A stretch of DNA of 64,000 bases from Anaerolineales bacterium (GTDB taxonomy: Bacteria; Chloroflexota; Anaerolineae; Anaerolineales; UBA11858), in assembly GCA_049644685.1 (NCBI GenBank), contig JBARSJ010000116.1, forward strand, positions 5,622 to 69,621. The letters are read 5' to 3'. This document shows, piece by piece, positions 1 through 8,719 of the stretch. A program made the position numbers and the translations under genes. The number at the start of each line of letters is the position of its first letter. Within the stretch, counting starts at the first letter, position 1. The notes under the pieces were generated by a model. The model made no database searches and was not told the origin of the DNA. It was given only the letters and a program-made list of their open reading frames with translations.

Positions 1-1608
1 CAATGCTTCTGCCTTGGCTTCAAATGTGGGCAGCTGTTTATCTACCTGATCTATGAAGATTAGCCAGGCTTCGTCATGCTGACCACCTTTCAGCGCCATG
101 CCGTACCCTCCTTGCTGAGCGAGGGATTCTTTGGTCATGTATTCAGAGATCTCCATCCCTTTTACTTCCATAGCGATGTCATGGAGGAAACCTGGGTCAC
201 CACCAAAATCCTCGGCAAAATACGATTTCATATAACGGGTACCCTGTCCAACGATGAGACCAAAGCCTTCACCGCGGGACATCTGGTGAAGCAGTTCCAA
301 CGCGCTCTCTGAGTTACCCCAGGTTAAATCAATACCGCCTGTCCTCTCAGGGTTCAGGATTCCTTCCTGGAAACATTCCATGCAGAATGCGACAGAATTG
401 GCGAACGAAATTGTATCTACCCCATATGTATCGCAGTAAAAGTTGATTTCCAGGATAGCTTCAGGATCGAACACGCCAATATTGGATCCCAGCCCGGCTG
501 CGGACTCATACTCCGGACCATCAACAAGCACTTTTTCTCCTTTGTGCGGTCCAGTCTTGAGGGCAAAACCATCCACAGCATGGGAGCAGGCTAAAGTGCA
601 GCCAAGCCAGCAGCTGTCCATTCTTTTATCCTGCGTAAAGGCTTTTTGCCAGGTTGTGGAATCAATGTTGGCATGATCAGGATGAGTGCCATAGCGGAAG
701 TTGTGCACAGGCAGAAGATCAAAATGATCCATGATTTCAACCAGATGAGCTGTTCCGATTTCCCGCATGTTATTTTGCTGGGCATCATATTGGGTGATTT
801 CTTGGTTGATTCGTTTACCCGCTTTCCGGATAAGATCTGGTTTAGCGGGATTATTGCTAGATCCAGTGAGACCGCTGAACCGAACCACGATACCTTTGAG
901 ATGTTTATTCCTGAAAACCCGTCCAGAACCTCCCCGGGCTGCTTGTTTTACTCTTACTTCTTCCCGCCGGGGATCAAAGAAGCTGATGTTTAGACCAGCA
1001 TAACGAATGTGATTGGCAGCTTCTCCGGACGTAATCACGGAGACATTTTTTCTGTCCCGAGCATCTTTGGCGTACATTTCGGTGAGAATTCCTGCCAACG
1101 GATAAGTGTTAAGTACCTCTTCTGGCGCTTTTTCGATCCGGATTTCCTGGGTATTTCCATCTATGACAATAATGGAATCCTCTTCCGCCTTGCCGGTAAT
1201 TTCCAGGGCGTCAAAACCTGAAAATTTCAAGAAGGGAGCAAAAAATCCGCCCCCATTACTGTCAATAACTGAATTTGTCAGGGGGGAGAGGGTGACAACG
1301 GTACTCTTACCCATCCCAGGATACGCCGTGGTCCCGCAAAGAGGACCATTTGCGATAATTAGAGCATTTTCAGGATCATCCCAGGAGGTTTTTTCGGTTA
1401 CCGCATTCCACAACAACCAGAGAGCAAAACCCCGTCCGCCAGTGAACAGGTCTTTCATTTGTTGGGTAACCGGTTTTTCCTCAATTGTATTCTGAGAAAG
1501 ATTAATGTGCAGGGTCCGATTTGCATACCCATGGACAACTGGCTGCTGTTTGTAGGTATATTCAGCCGCAATTTCATGGCTTTTTAGATAGTTTTTAATT
1601 TCCTTCAT
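1..1608 (-). CDS. aor: aldehyde:ferredoxin oxidoreductase (AOR family), C-terminus cut by the window edge
   Basis: Missing from the ORF track because it runs off the window. Reverse-strand ATG at 1608-1606 with GGAGG 9 nt upstream. 536 uninterrupted codons: MKEIKNYLKSHEIAAEYTYKQQPVVHGYANRTLHINLS...GGRGFALWLLWNAV...VVTLSPLTNSVIDSNGGGFF...DSCWLGCTLACSH..., typical of AOR N-terminal and catalytic domains. Confidence 0.85.
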   Translation of the reverse strand, partial: MKEIKNYLKSHEIAAEYTYKQQPVVHGYANRTLHINLSQNTIEEKPVTQQMKDLFTGGRGFALWLLWNAVTEKTSWDDPENALIIANGPLCGTTAYPGMGKSTVVTLSPLTNSVIDSNGGGFFAPFLKFSGFDALEITGKAEEDSIIVIDGNTQEIRIEKAPEEVLNTYPLAGILTEMYAKDARDRKNVSVITSGEAANHIRYAGLNISFFDPRREEVRVKQAARGGSGRVFRNKHLKGIVVRFSGLTGSSNNPAKPDLIRKAGKRINQEITQYDAQQNNMREIGTAHLVEIMDHFDLLPVHNFRYGTHPDHANIDSTTWQKAFTQDKRMDSCWLGCTLACSHAVDGFALKTGPHKGEKVLVDGPEYESAAGLGSNIGVFDPEAILEINFYCDTYGVDTISFANSVAFCMECFQEGILNPERTGGIDLTWGNSESALELLHQMSRGEGFGLIVGQGTRYMKSYFAEDFGGDPGFLHDIAMEVKGMEISEYMTKESLAQQGGYGMALKGGQHDEAWLIFIDQVDKQLPTFEAKAEAL

Positions 1609-1857
1609 AAACGCTTTCCTCCGCAGATTTTTTATTTAGGATACAATAATTCCCGATCAGATCAACAGCAATTATACACTTAAACAAATTGATAACTGTC
1701 ATTCTTAGCTGGATGAATAGCAGGTTCCTACTCAGGAGGATTAAAAATACACTAATTTGCCTTTTAATTATTGAATTAAAACTTAATATTTCTTATCTTG
1801 ATATAGTTATTATTGATTCTGAGGTTTCTTTCTCCCCGCTAACCAGCAAAGAAACTA

Positions 1858-1886
1858 TTGCGTATATCAATGTTTTCGTTTAGAAT
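1858..1886 (+). promoter_or_regulatory. candidate sigma70-type promoter (TTGCGT-N17-TAGAAT)
   Basis: TTGCGT at 1858-1863, 17-nt spacer, TAGAAT at 1881-1886, in an AT-rich divergent intergenic region about 54 nt upstream of the ATG at 1940. Sequence match only. Confidence 0.45.
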
Positions 1887-1939
1887 CAAGGGACTGACTC
1901 AGAAAAAATTCCCTGGAATATTATGCTTTAAGGGAAGGA

Positions 1940-3745
1940 ATGGGGATGTTAAACAAGTTTATTCGCTTGATATTAATAATGCTGATTGTGGGGGTTTTTT
2001 CAGCTTGCACTGGAAACGATGGCAATCAATCTGCTTATTACCTTGTAGATCCCCGCTTTAGTGAACTGTATGATCGACTCCAGGGTGATGAAATCCTTGG
2101 TCCCCCTATTTCCAATAAAAAATACGTTGCCGGTTCAAATCTGGAAAAACAATACTTCGAAGGGGCTGTACTGGTTTACGATCCGGATAATTCTCCCCGC
2201 TACTATCTGGATCCAGTAGGGATAGACGCAGGCTTCTCTGATTTGCCAAACAACGATCCCGAGAATCCTTCTGTGAGATACATCAATGGCTATATTATCC
2301 CGCCGGAATTTTCCAGGTTCTACGATGAAATGGGGGGTGAACGCTGGGTCGGGCTTCCACTTACACGAGCCAGATTAAATCCAGAAAAGAAGACCATTGA
2401 ACAGTATTTTGAAACCATGGGCTTCTTCCGGTTTGAGGATGATCCCCCGGGAACTGTGTATTTGATGCCTTATGGTCTTTGGAAATGCGCCGGAGAATGC
2501 GCAAAGTATCCGGGAGTGGAAAACGCAGGTATCAGCCGATCGGCTGGAGAGGAAATCCAGTCTCCTTTTGGTGAGGCAATATCCCGATTTGGGGTCCAAT
2601 TTACGGGGGATGCCCTATCCACAGCCTTCCGGGCAGGCGATGGCAATATCGAGCAGATCTTTCATAATGTTGTCCTCTATGAGGAATCAACCAATCCCCT
2701 TGGTGTATCCCTCCGCCCGGTTTCCGCACTGTTGGATCTGAACCGTGATCCATACCAGGTGCACCAGAAAGATTCAACGGAGTATTTTAGAGAGATAGAG
2801 CCAGGCAGCGGCTTTTATATCCCGGTTTACTTTATGGATTTCATCGATCGTTACTTTGGATTTGAAATCTCAGGTGAACCGGTCTCCCGTCATGAAGAAA
2901 TCCGAGAGGGAGTCAGGCAACAGTGTTTTGAAAATTATTGCCTGCTGCATGACGCACTGGCAGAACCTGGACAGCAGGTTCGGGTGAAACCATTGGGTCA
3001 GAAGTATAAAGATTCTTTTTATCAAACAACAAAAAAACCAGCAATAGAAACTCAAAGGCAGCGGGATATCCAGCTGGATATTTGGGAGCAATCACCCCAG
3101 ATATCTTCCCAGGAAAACCAGCAGATCGGAGCCTGCATTCATGAATCTGGTTCACCTCTGGAATATGCCCAGGCACTGTTAACGGTTACAACAGAGAATC
3201 AAGGGGTGATAACCTATCCATTTTCCCCAACAGATTCGGGAGGGTGTTCATTCCTGGAATTGGATCCAATTCAGGCCCAAAACGGCACAACGATTGATTA
3301 TCAGGTTTGTTTTCAGGGAATTGGCGGTCAGGAATACTGCAAAAAGGACAGCTACTTAATCTGGGGAAACACAGATAAGGCACTCACAGCTGTCCCAGCA
3401 GAGGAAGAGCCGGCCGCACCGACTGCAGTTGTTGAATTTGTTGTTGATACCTGGGAGCTGTTCCCCCAGATCTCATCCTCCGAGCACCAGGAAGTAGGCG
3501 CTTGTGTTCATAAAAACAATACCCCGCAGGAAAATATGGATTCTCAACTTATCCTGGAATCGCCTAAGGCGGGTGTGATCACTTATCAAAGCTCACCGAC
3601 AGACGGGGGAGGATGTTCCTTTTTCAAGTTGAATCCAGTGGATGCCAAGAATGGGGAGACTATTCCTTATCAGGTTTGTTTTATGAACAAGTATGGAGAG
3701 CAATATTGTAAAAGGGACAGTTTCCTTATTTGGGGCAATCCCTGA
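1940..3745 (+). CDS. secreted lipoprotein with LGFP-like repeats and two C-terminal 4-Cys repeat domains (hypothetical)
   Basis: 601-aa ORF with AAGGGAAGGA before the ATG. Lipoprotein-type signal LIVGVFSAC. Four degenerate LGFP-like units (e.g. ILGPPISNKKYVAGSNLEKQYFEGAVLVYDP, WVGLPLTRARLNPEKKTIEQYFETMGFFRFED). Two ~100-aa C-terminal repeats follow. Confidence 0.8.
   Translation: MGMLNKFIRLILIMLIVGVFSACTGNDGNQSAYYLVDPRFSELYDRLQGDEILGPPISNKKYVAGSNLEKQYFEGAVLVYDPDNSPRYYLDPVGIDAGFSDLPNNDPENPSVRYINGYIIPPEFSRFYDEMGGERWVGLPLTRARLNPEKKTIEQYFETMGFFRFEDDPPGTVYLMPYGLWKCAGECAKYPGVENAGISRSAGEEIQSPFGEAISRFGVQFTGDALSTAFRAGDGNIEQIFHNVVLYEESTNPLGVSLRPVSALLDLNRDPYQVHQKDSTEYFREIEPGSGFYIPVYFMDFIDRYFGFEISGEPVSRHEEIREGVRQQCFENYCLLHDALAEPGQQVRVKPLGQKYKDSFYQTTKKPAIETQRQRDIQLDIWEQSPQISSQENQQIGACIHESGSPLEYAQALLTVTTENQGVITYPFSPTDSGGCSFLELDPIQAQNGTTIDYQVCFQGIGGQEYCKKDSYLIWGNTDKALTAVPAEEEPAAPTAVVEFVVDTWELFPQISSSEHQEVGACVHKNNTPQENMDSQLILESPKAGVITYQSSPTDGGGCSFFKLNPVDAKNGETIPYQVCFMNKYGEQYCKRDSFLIWGNP
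3068..3370 (+). repeat. C-terminal domain repeat, copy 1 (aa 377-477 of the 601-aa protein)
   Basis: IQLDIWEQSPQISSQENQQIGACIHE...GVITYPFSPTDSGGCSFLELDP..YQVCF...EYCKKDSYLIWGN aligns without gaps over most of its length with copy 2. Four Cys are conserved in both copies. Confidence 0.75.
3434..3739 (+). repeat. C-terminal domain repeat, copy 2 (aa 499-600)
   Basis: EFVVDTWELFPQISSSEHQEVGACVHK...GVITYQSSPTDGGGCSFFKLNP..YQVCF...QYCKRDSFLIWGN. Same 4-Cys pattern as copy 1. Confidence 0.75.
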
Positions 3746-3805
3746 GTTTAATCTGATCTTAATTACAAACCCGGGTGAAATTTAGAAATAACCCGGGTTT
3801 TATAA

Positions 3806-4768
3806 TTAATGGAGTTCACTGAAGAGTTGAATTTTGTCAATCGACGGTCCAAGGCTGTAAAGATTCATCTCAAAAACGATGTCTTCTCCAGGTTGAAGTT
3901 CCCCGGCACTGATCCATTTCCTGATCCCGACAGGATATCCATCAGAATAGGCTACAGCTGCCACCCAAACCTGATTTTCATCGGAGGTAAATTTCTCTAC
4001 CCTGACTGATCCTGTTATTTCCGCAATTGTTTTATCTTCATTGAAGCGGATCTCAGGATTTAATATTTCGGTCAGGGCTTGATCCCTTCCAGACGGAAGA
4101 GAAGTAATTAATATTGCAGTAACCTGATATTCCTCAGGAAGAGGCGGTGGAATGAAGGCTGATAGGGGAATAGTCTGATCTGGAAAGAGATAATTCAGCG
4201 GAGGTATGGCAATATAGCTCTGCACCAGTTTGTTTTCATCGTTGTAAAGATTCAGCGCTGCCGAGATGTTTTCCAGGCTGATTCCCTGATTATTATGAAC
4301 ATCTGAAAAACACCACATTCCGCCGTCATTGGTCAGCAGACAGGTAGGAGTATTTACCGAAACCGGGTAAGGAGTGGGAGTGGGAATAGATAGATCTTCA
4401 TCAGCTTCAAAGGGTATATTAAGTTGGAGGCCAACAGTGAGGATGCTGGTATCAATGTCAGGATTTGCTGAAACCAGTCTGTCCAGGGAAATTTTGTATT
4501 TCAAAGCGATCCAGAACAATGTATCGCCAGGTTGAATGACATGCTTAAAAGGAGTTGGACTGGAGAAGATAGGCTGCTCAGTCGGGGCGATGATCGGGGT
4601 TGCTGTAACAGTTGGCGTATTAGTTTTCACCTGGAAAGGAGTCAAGGGGGGGGAGATTTGTTGAGGGAGATTGGTCGGTATTGTTGCTGAAGGTTGACAG
4701 CCAGATGCAATTACCAGGGCAAACACCATCCAGCCCAGGAATTTCACTTCATTTTTCATGTTGAGCAT
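3806..4768 (-). CDS. LysM domain lipoprotein (hypothetical)
   Basis: 320-aa ORF. Signal peptide with lipobox VIASGC. LysM-like segment HVIQPGDTLFWIALKYKISLDRLVSANPDIDTSILTVGLQLNIP. The C-terminal ~180 aa are unassigned. Confidence 0.8.
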   Translation of the reverse strand: MLNMKNEVKFLGWMVFALVIASGCQPSATIPTNLPQQISPPLTPFQVKTNTPTVTATPIIAPTEQPIFSSPTPFKHVIQPGDTLFWIALKYKISLDRLVSANPDIDTSILTVGLQLNIPFEADEDLSIPTPTPYPVSVNTPTCLLTNDGGMWCFSDVHNNQGISLENISAALNLYNDENKLVQSYIAIPPLNYLFPDQTIPLSAFIPPPLPEEYQVTAILITSLPSGRDQALTEILNPEIRFNEDKTIAEITGSVRVEKFTSDENQVWVAAVAYSDGYPVGIRKWISAGELQPGEDIVFEMNLYSLGPSIDKIQLFSELH

Positions 4769-4842
4769 TATACCCTCTCTTGTCCGTCCGAGTAGCCTGT
4801 GCTACACTCTGGTTTAGCCGCCAAATTATTACAGGATCAAAG

Positions 4843-6657
4843 ATGGCAGAAGACAAACGTTTTCTCCTGGCAAAACTTGCCTTAGAACAAGGTGATCGGT
4901 TTCAGGCAAAAGATAAATTATCAGAACTCCTGAAAGAAGATCAGGATAATGTTGATTACTGGCTTTTGTTGAGTACAGTTGTGGACTCAACAAAAGAAAG
5001 GTTGTTTTGTTTAAAGAAAGTAATTGCCCTCGATCCTAGAAACCAGGAAGCCAGGCTGGGAATGATTTTATTTGGTGCTCTTGACCCAGGGAAAGTCCAA
5101 CCCGCTGAAATTAGAAAACAGGATTGGTCAAAAGAGCTCAAAGATATCCGGAAGAAAGAAAAACCCAAAAAAGAACGCAAAAAAAGCAGGTATAACTACA
5201 AACAGCTCCTTCCACTCCTGGGCGGAGGGGTTACTATCATCGTATTGCTGTACTTTAGTGGGCTGCTGTTTCCTGGACGGGGATCGATCTTTTCTCCCAA
5301 ATTAACTATTACTCCAATGACCTGGACACCGTCGGTAGACCCCTTGCTTATAGCACAGTTAACAGGGACACCGAATCCTATCCTGCAAACGCCCATTGGC
5401 CGGGTTTTGAAGAAACCCTATACTCCCACACCAGCTTATGTTTTAACACCACATCCCGGGTATGGAACCTACCAAACCGCCCTGATCAAATATCAACAGG
5501 GTGATTTTGAAACCATGCTGACCTATATGAGGTCTACCGAAGATCAATTGGAGACTCCAGATATCGTTTACCTGGTTGGCGAAGCCCTGCGAAATTTAGG
5601 AAGATTCAACGAAGCTCTGGAGAAATATGAACGGGCCTTGTTTTTGGACGCCGCATTCGCCCCTGCATATTACGGACGGGCGCTTATTTCGCAGGTTATT
5701 TATCCAGAAAATGATATCAAACAGGATCTGGATCAGGCGTTGCTTTTTGATCCAGAATTTGGACAGGTATACATTGAGAGGGCAAAATATTATCTTGACC
5801 AGGGGGAATTTCAACTCGCTTATGAGGACGCAAACCAGGCTGTGAACTATTTACCCAGATCACACCTGGCGCATTTGTACCGGGCCTGGTCTTTGTTGGA
5901 ACTAAATGACTACCAAAGATCCGCCCGGGCAATAGAAACTGCATTAAAATTGGATATCAATTATGTTCCTTCCTATCTAGTGGGAGGACGGGTGAAACTG
6001 GAAACAGGAAGAGCAGACACAGCTTTGGATATGCTGACAAAATATGACGCCTATGTTCCGGAAAAAACGTGGCAGTTTTATTATTCACTGGGGAAAGCCT
6101 ATTATCTAACTGGCAGTGACCTAAATCAAGCAGAGCATCTTCTCAACCAGGCAGTCGCACTCGGAGGCAGCAACAGCAGCTTATATCAGATCCGGGCCTT
6201 AGTTTATTTTGGATTGGGGGAGCATGAGAAAGCAGTAGCAGAAGCAATTAATGCCCGAATGGCTGATCGGGATGATTTTGATGTCACGCTCTTTTTGGGT
6301 AATATTTTGTGCGATTGCAATCAGTGTTCATTAGGTTTAGTTTACTTGAACATTTCAGAACAGCTGGCAGAAAACGAATCGAATTTAGCGGCGGTTTATT
6401 ACTGGCGTGCGCTGACACTGGAAAAGCTGGATCAGGAAGAGAAAGCAATTCTTAATTGGCAAAATCTGATGAATCTCCCTCTTGAGTATGTGCCGGATGA
6501 ATGGGAAATTACAGCAGCAGAAAAACTACTGCCGACGGCCACTCCCAGTCCAACCCCGTCGCCTTCTCCTACTTCAACGCCGACAATCACCCCGACTGCT
6601 ACTCAGACATTTACCCCTACAGCCACCTTTACGCCAACACCATCCCCAAGCCCTTAG
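4843..6657 (+). CDS. TPR-repeat membrane-anchored protein with a Pro/Thr/Ser-rich C-terminal tail
   Basis: The ORF track starts at a TTG at 4780. The ATG at 4843 (MAEDKRFLLAKLALEQGD...) is the more plausible start. One TM segment (LLPLLGGGVTIIVLLYFSGLLF). Multiple TPR-like units (AYYGRAL, YIERAKYYLDQGEFQLAYEDANQAV). Low-complexity PTATPSPTPSPSPTSTPT... tail at 6532-6654. Confidence 0.8.
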   Translation: MAEDKRFLLAKLALEQGDRFQAKDKLSELLKEDQDNVDYWLLLSTVVDSTKERLFCLKKVIALDPRNQEARLGMILFGALDPGKVQPAEIRKQDWSKELKDIRKKEKPKKERKKSRYNYKQLLPLLGGGVTIIVLLYFSGLLFPGRGSIFSPKLTITPMTWTPSVDPLLIAQLTGTPNPILQTPIGRVLKKPYTPTPAYVLTPHPGYGTYQTALIKYQQGDFETMLTYMRSTEDQLETPDIVYLVGEALRNLGRFNEALEKYERALFLDAAFAPAYYGRALISQVIYPENDIKQDLDQALLFDPEFGQVYIERAKYYLDQGEFQLAYEDANQAVNYLPRSHLAHLYRAWSLLELNDYQRSARAIETALKLDINYVPSYLVGGRVKLETGRADTALDMLTKYDAYVPEKTWQFYYSLGKAYYLTGSDLNQAEHLLNQAVALGGSNSSLYQIRALVYFGLGEHEKAVAEAINARMADRDDFDVTLFLGNILCDCNQCSLGLVYLNISEQLAENESNLAAVYYWRALTLEKLDQEEKAILNWQNLMNLPLEYVPDEWEITAAEKLLPTATPSPTPSPSPTSTPTITPTATQTFTPTATFTPTPSPSP

Positions 6658-6728
6658 ATTACTGGTGCTCATCTCCTTGAGAGGGCAAATATTTTTGCTG
6701 CGGGTTGGTTAGTATATCTCCGTATCCC

Positions 6729-6757
6729 TTGCTATTCCTGTTTGGAAGTACTATAAT
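6729..6757 (+). promoter_or_regulatory. candidate sigma70-type promoter (TTGCTA-N17-TATAAT)
   Basis: TTGCTA at 6729-6734, 17-nt spacer, TATAAT at 6752-6757, about 50 nt upstream of the ATG at 6809. Confidence 0.55.
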
Positions 6758-6808
6758 GCCCGATGGTTAATTGATAGTGTGTTGAAGATACACAGATCAA
6801 GGTTGATT

Positions 6809-7120
6809 ATGCCTATTTATACATATCGGTGTGAAAGTTGCGGTGTTCAATTTGAGCGGAGACAACAATACAGCGATAAACCTCTGAAAATTTGTCCTGA
6901 ATGCCAAACAGAAACTTTGCGAAAGGTTTACTTACCAGTCGGTATTGTATTTAAGGGATCAGGGTTTTATGCCACGGACAACCGGTCCCCTTCAGGACGG
7001 GAATCCAGGCTGTCAGATGACCACGCGGGTGGAGATTCCGAATCTTCCTCAACAGAGAAAGCGGCAAAAACAAATAACAATAAAACGGAAAAATCTAAAA
7101 CAAAGTCAAAAGAAGAATAA
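6809..7120 (+). CDS. FmdB-family zinc-ribbon protein
   Basis: From the internal ATG at 6809: MPIYTYRCESCGVQFERRQQYSDKPLKICPECQ..., the canonical FmdB CxxC...CxxC N-terminus. Ser/Lys-rich disordered tail. Confidence 0.85.
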   Translation: MPIYTYRCESCGVQFERRQQYSDKPLKICPECQTETLRKVYLPVGIVFKGSGFYATDNRSPSGRESRLSDDHAGGDSESSSTEKAAKTNNNKTEKSKTKSKEE

Positions 7121-7141
7121 TGTTTTCATTTAAACAATTCG

Positions 7142-7166
7142 ACTCCCCTCCAGGGGAGTTTTTTTG
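7142..7166 (+). terminator. intrinsic terminator
   Basis: ACTCCCC-TCCA-GGGGAGT hairpin followed by a T-run (7160-7165), 21 nt after the stop of the zinc-ribbon gene. Confidence 0.75.
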
Positions 7167-7178
7167 TTAAAATGAACC

Positions 7179-7207
7179 GATCCGTGATCCTCAAAGGATC
7201 ACGGATC
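7179..7207 (-). terminator. 12-bp perfect hairpin, possible terminator of the convergent M50 protease gene
   Basis: GATCCGTGATCC-TCAAA-GGATCACGGATC. On the minus strand it is followed by GGTTCATTTT, an imperfect U-tract. Confidence 0.45.
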
Positions 7208-7238
7208 ATAGATATCTGTAATCAGGAAGTGAATGATA

Positions 7239-8453
7239 TCAGACAATGATTAATGGAACCGGTGAAAATACCAGGAAAAAGATAATCAATCCAATCCTGG
7301 CCAGGAGTTTTCTCCTCGGATCGAGTTCGGTAATCTCATCCAGCGGCTCAGCTCTAATCTGGCCCAGAAATAGAATTAAGAAAGCCCACAACCACCAACC
7401 TGACCACATAAACCCGAGGATTATCAAAGACCCCAGGATAACCGGTCGAACCCATTTTAACTTATCTCCAAATAGACTGTAAATCAGGTGGCCACCATCC
7501 AGCTGCCCGGCAGGAAGCAGGTTTAAGGATGTTATTAATAATCCAGCCCACCCTGCCCAAGCAACAGGGTGAATTGAGACATCTGTACCGCCATAGGGCA
7601 GAGGAAGACTGGTGAAGAAATAACGAATCCAGTAGATGACAGGATGGATTCCCTGGAAAGATAATGGCTCAGGAAGCAAAGATCCGTGTACCAAATACTT
7701 TAAAGAAAGGTAAAGAATGGAGTTTCCTTCAAACATGAAATCATCAGGGAAAACAGAGGGGAGATTAACAATTGTGGATAAGTTTAAACCATAGACCAGA
7801 ACTGGAATTGCGATAACCAGTCCACCAATGGGACCTGCCAAACCAATATCGAGCAGAACCCGCTTGTTTTTCGGAGGTTCGAGCAGCCGGATAAAAGCTC
7901 CCATAGTTCCAAAGGGACTGATTGGGAAGGGGATAAAAAATGGCAGAGTAACTTTTGTATTATGAATCCGGGCGGCAAAGTAATGACCAAATTCATGAGC
8001 TGTCAGGATGCTGAGCAAACTGACAGCAAAAGCAATGGACTGCCCCAGATTAACTTTAACATGAGCCCAAATGATGGAAAAATCGAGTGTTTTAGGTCCG
8101 GTGTAGGATGTAATGATACCGGAAAAGATAATGCTGGCAAATGTGATCAAAAACAGGATCAGGTTTACCCGATTCTTAGGGGTTTGGGGTTGGGATAAGC
8201 CTTTCTTAAGAATGACCTTATGTTTATTGCCGCTTATTCTGAAGTAGGGAGTAATCCCGTGAGGATGAAGAGCACCCGCTGCAAAATCATAAGCTTCCTG
8301 TGAAGGCTGATTTAATAAACCTTCAAATTCGATTATATGATCGTCCTGATTTTTTCCCAGAGTCATATGATCAATAGTAAAAAATTGTTTGACAACCATG
8401 ACAAGAATTTCTATCTGGGATTGGGTCTCTTCAGGGATTTCTGATAGGCTCAT
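7239..8453 (-). CDS. site-2 protease family (M50) membrane metalloprotease
   Basis: HEFGHYFAARIH (HExxH) in a TM segment. Polytopic. The 443-aa ORF in the track extends to 8570 but its first 39 codons overlap a tRNA-Sec gene. ATG at 8453 (MSLSEIPEE...) is taken as the start. Confidence 0.85.
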   Translation of the reverse strand: MSLSEIPEETQSQIEILVMVVKQFFTIDHMTLGKNQDDHIIEFEGLLNQPSQEAYDFAAGALHPHGITPYFRISGNKHKVILKKGLSQPQTPKNRVNLILFLITFASIIFSGIITSYTGPKTLDFSIIWAHVKVNLGQSIAFAVSLLSILTAHEFGHYFAARIHNTKVTLPFFIPFPISPFGTMGAFIRLLEPPKNKRVLLDIGLAGPIGGLVIAIPVLVYGLNLSTIVNLPSVFPDDFMFEGNSILYLSLKYLVHGSLLPEPLSFQGIHPVIYWIRYFFTSLPLPYGGTDVSIHPVAWAGWAGLLITSLNLLPAGQLDGGHLIYSLFGDKLKWVRPVILGSLIILGFMWSGWWLWAFLILFLGQIRAEPLDEITELDPRRKLLARIGLIIFFLVFSPVPLIIV

Positions 8454-8480
8454 AAGGGGAGGGAAAAAACGTGTAAAAGG

Positions 8481-8574
8481 CGGGAGTGAATGGGAGTCGA
8501 ACCCACCGCGGCTCGCATTACGACCCGCCACCGATTTTGAAGACCGGGGAGCCCACCGGGACTCAACCACCCCC
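8481..8574 (-). tRNA. selC: tRNA-Sec (anticodon UCA)
   Basis: Reverse complement: GGGGGTGG-TT-GAGTCC-CGGT-GGGCTC-C-CCGGT-CTTCAAA-ATCGG-(24-nt variable arm GGCGGGTCG TAATG CGAGCCGC)-GTGGG-TTCGACT-CCCAT-TCACTCCC-G. It has an 8-bp acceptor stem, a 6-bp D stem with a 4-nt loop, a 5-bp T stem, a long variable arm and anticodon TCA. This is the bacterial 8/5 tRNA-Sec architecture. CC is encoded after the discriminator but the terminal A is not. Confidence 0.85.
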
Positions 8575-8587
8575 TTGATTGTAGGAG

Positions 8588-8616
8588 ATTATATCTTTTA
8601 CCTGGTGATGTGTAAA
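8588..8616 (-). promoter_or_regulatory. candidate promoter of selC (TTTACA-N17-TATAAT)
   Basis: On the minus strand: TTTACA (8616-8611), 17-nt spacer, TATAAT (8593-8588). The -10 ends 13 nt before the mature tRNA 5' end. Confidence 0.6.
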
Positions 8617-8719
8617 GTTTGGATAACGACAAACCTTACAGTATTCATTTTAGTTGTTATTATTATTCTCGTAACATTTTGTGATATTTTTTCAGAGACC
8701 TTAATGTTATACTTTTCAC

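Noticed and set aside
4780-4842. Upstream extensions of several track ORFs from non-ATG or distant starts (4780, 6779, 18472, 31709, 43023, 44086, 48817, 13721).
   Set aside because: In each case an internal ATG with a better SD and a sensible N-terminus (signal peptide or a conserved family N-terminus) exists. The extensions add non-conserved-looking residues or overlap promoters.
6532-6654. Repetitive PTATPSPTPSPSPTSTPTITPTATQTFTPTATFTPTPSPSP-coding DNA.
   Set aside because: This is a low-complexity Pro/Thr/Ser linker or tail of the TPR protein, likely an extended and possibly glycosylated spacer. It is not a DNA-level repeat element or a CRISPR-like array.
8454-8570. N-terminal 39 codons of the 443-aa ORF in the track (MVESRWAPRSSKSVAGRNASRGG...).
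   Set aside because: This stretch is the antisense-free overlap with the tRNA-Sec gene (8481-8574) and has an arginine/serine-rich, non-protein-like composition. The M50 protease most plausibly starts at the ATG at 8453.
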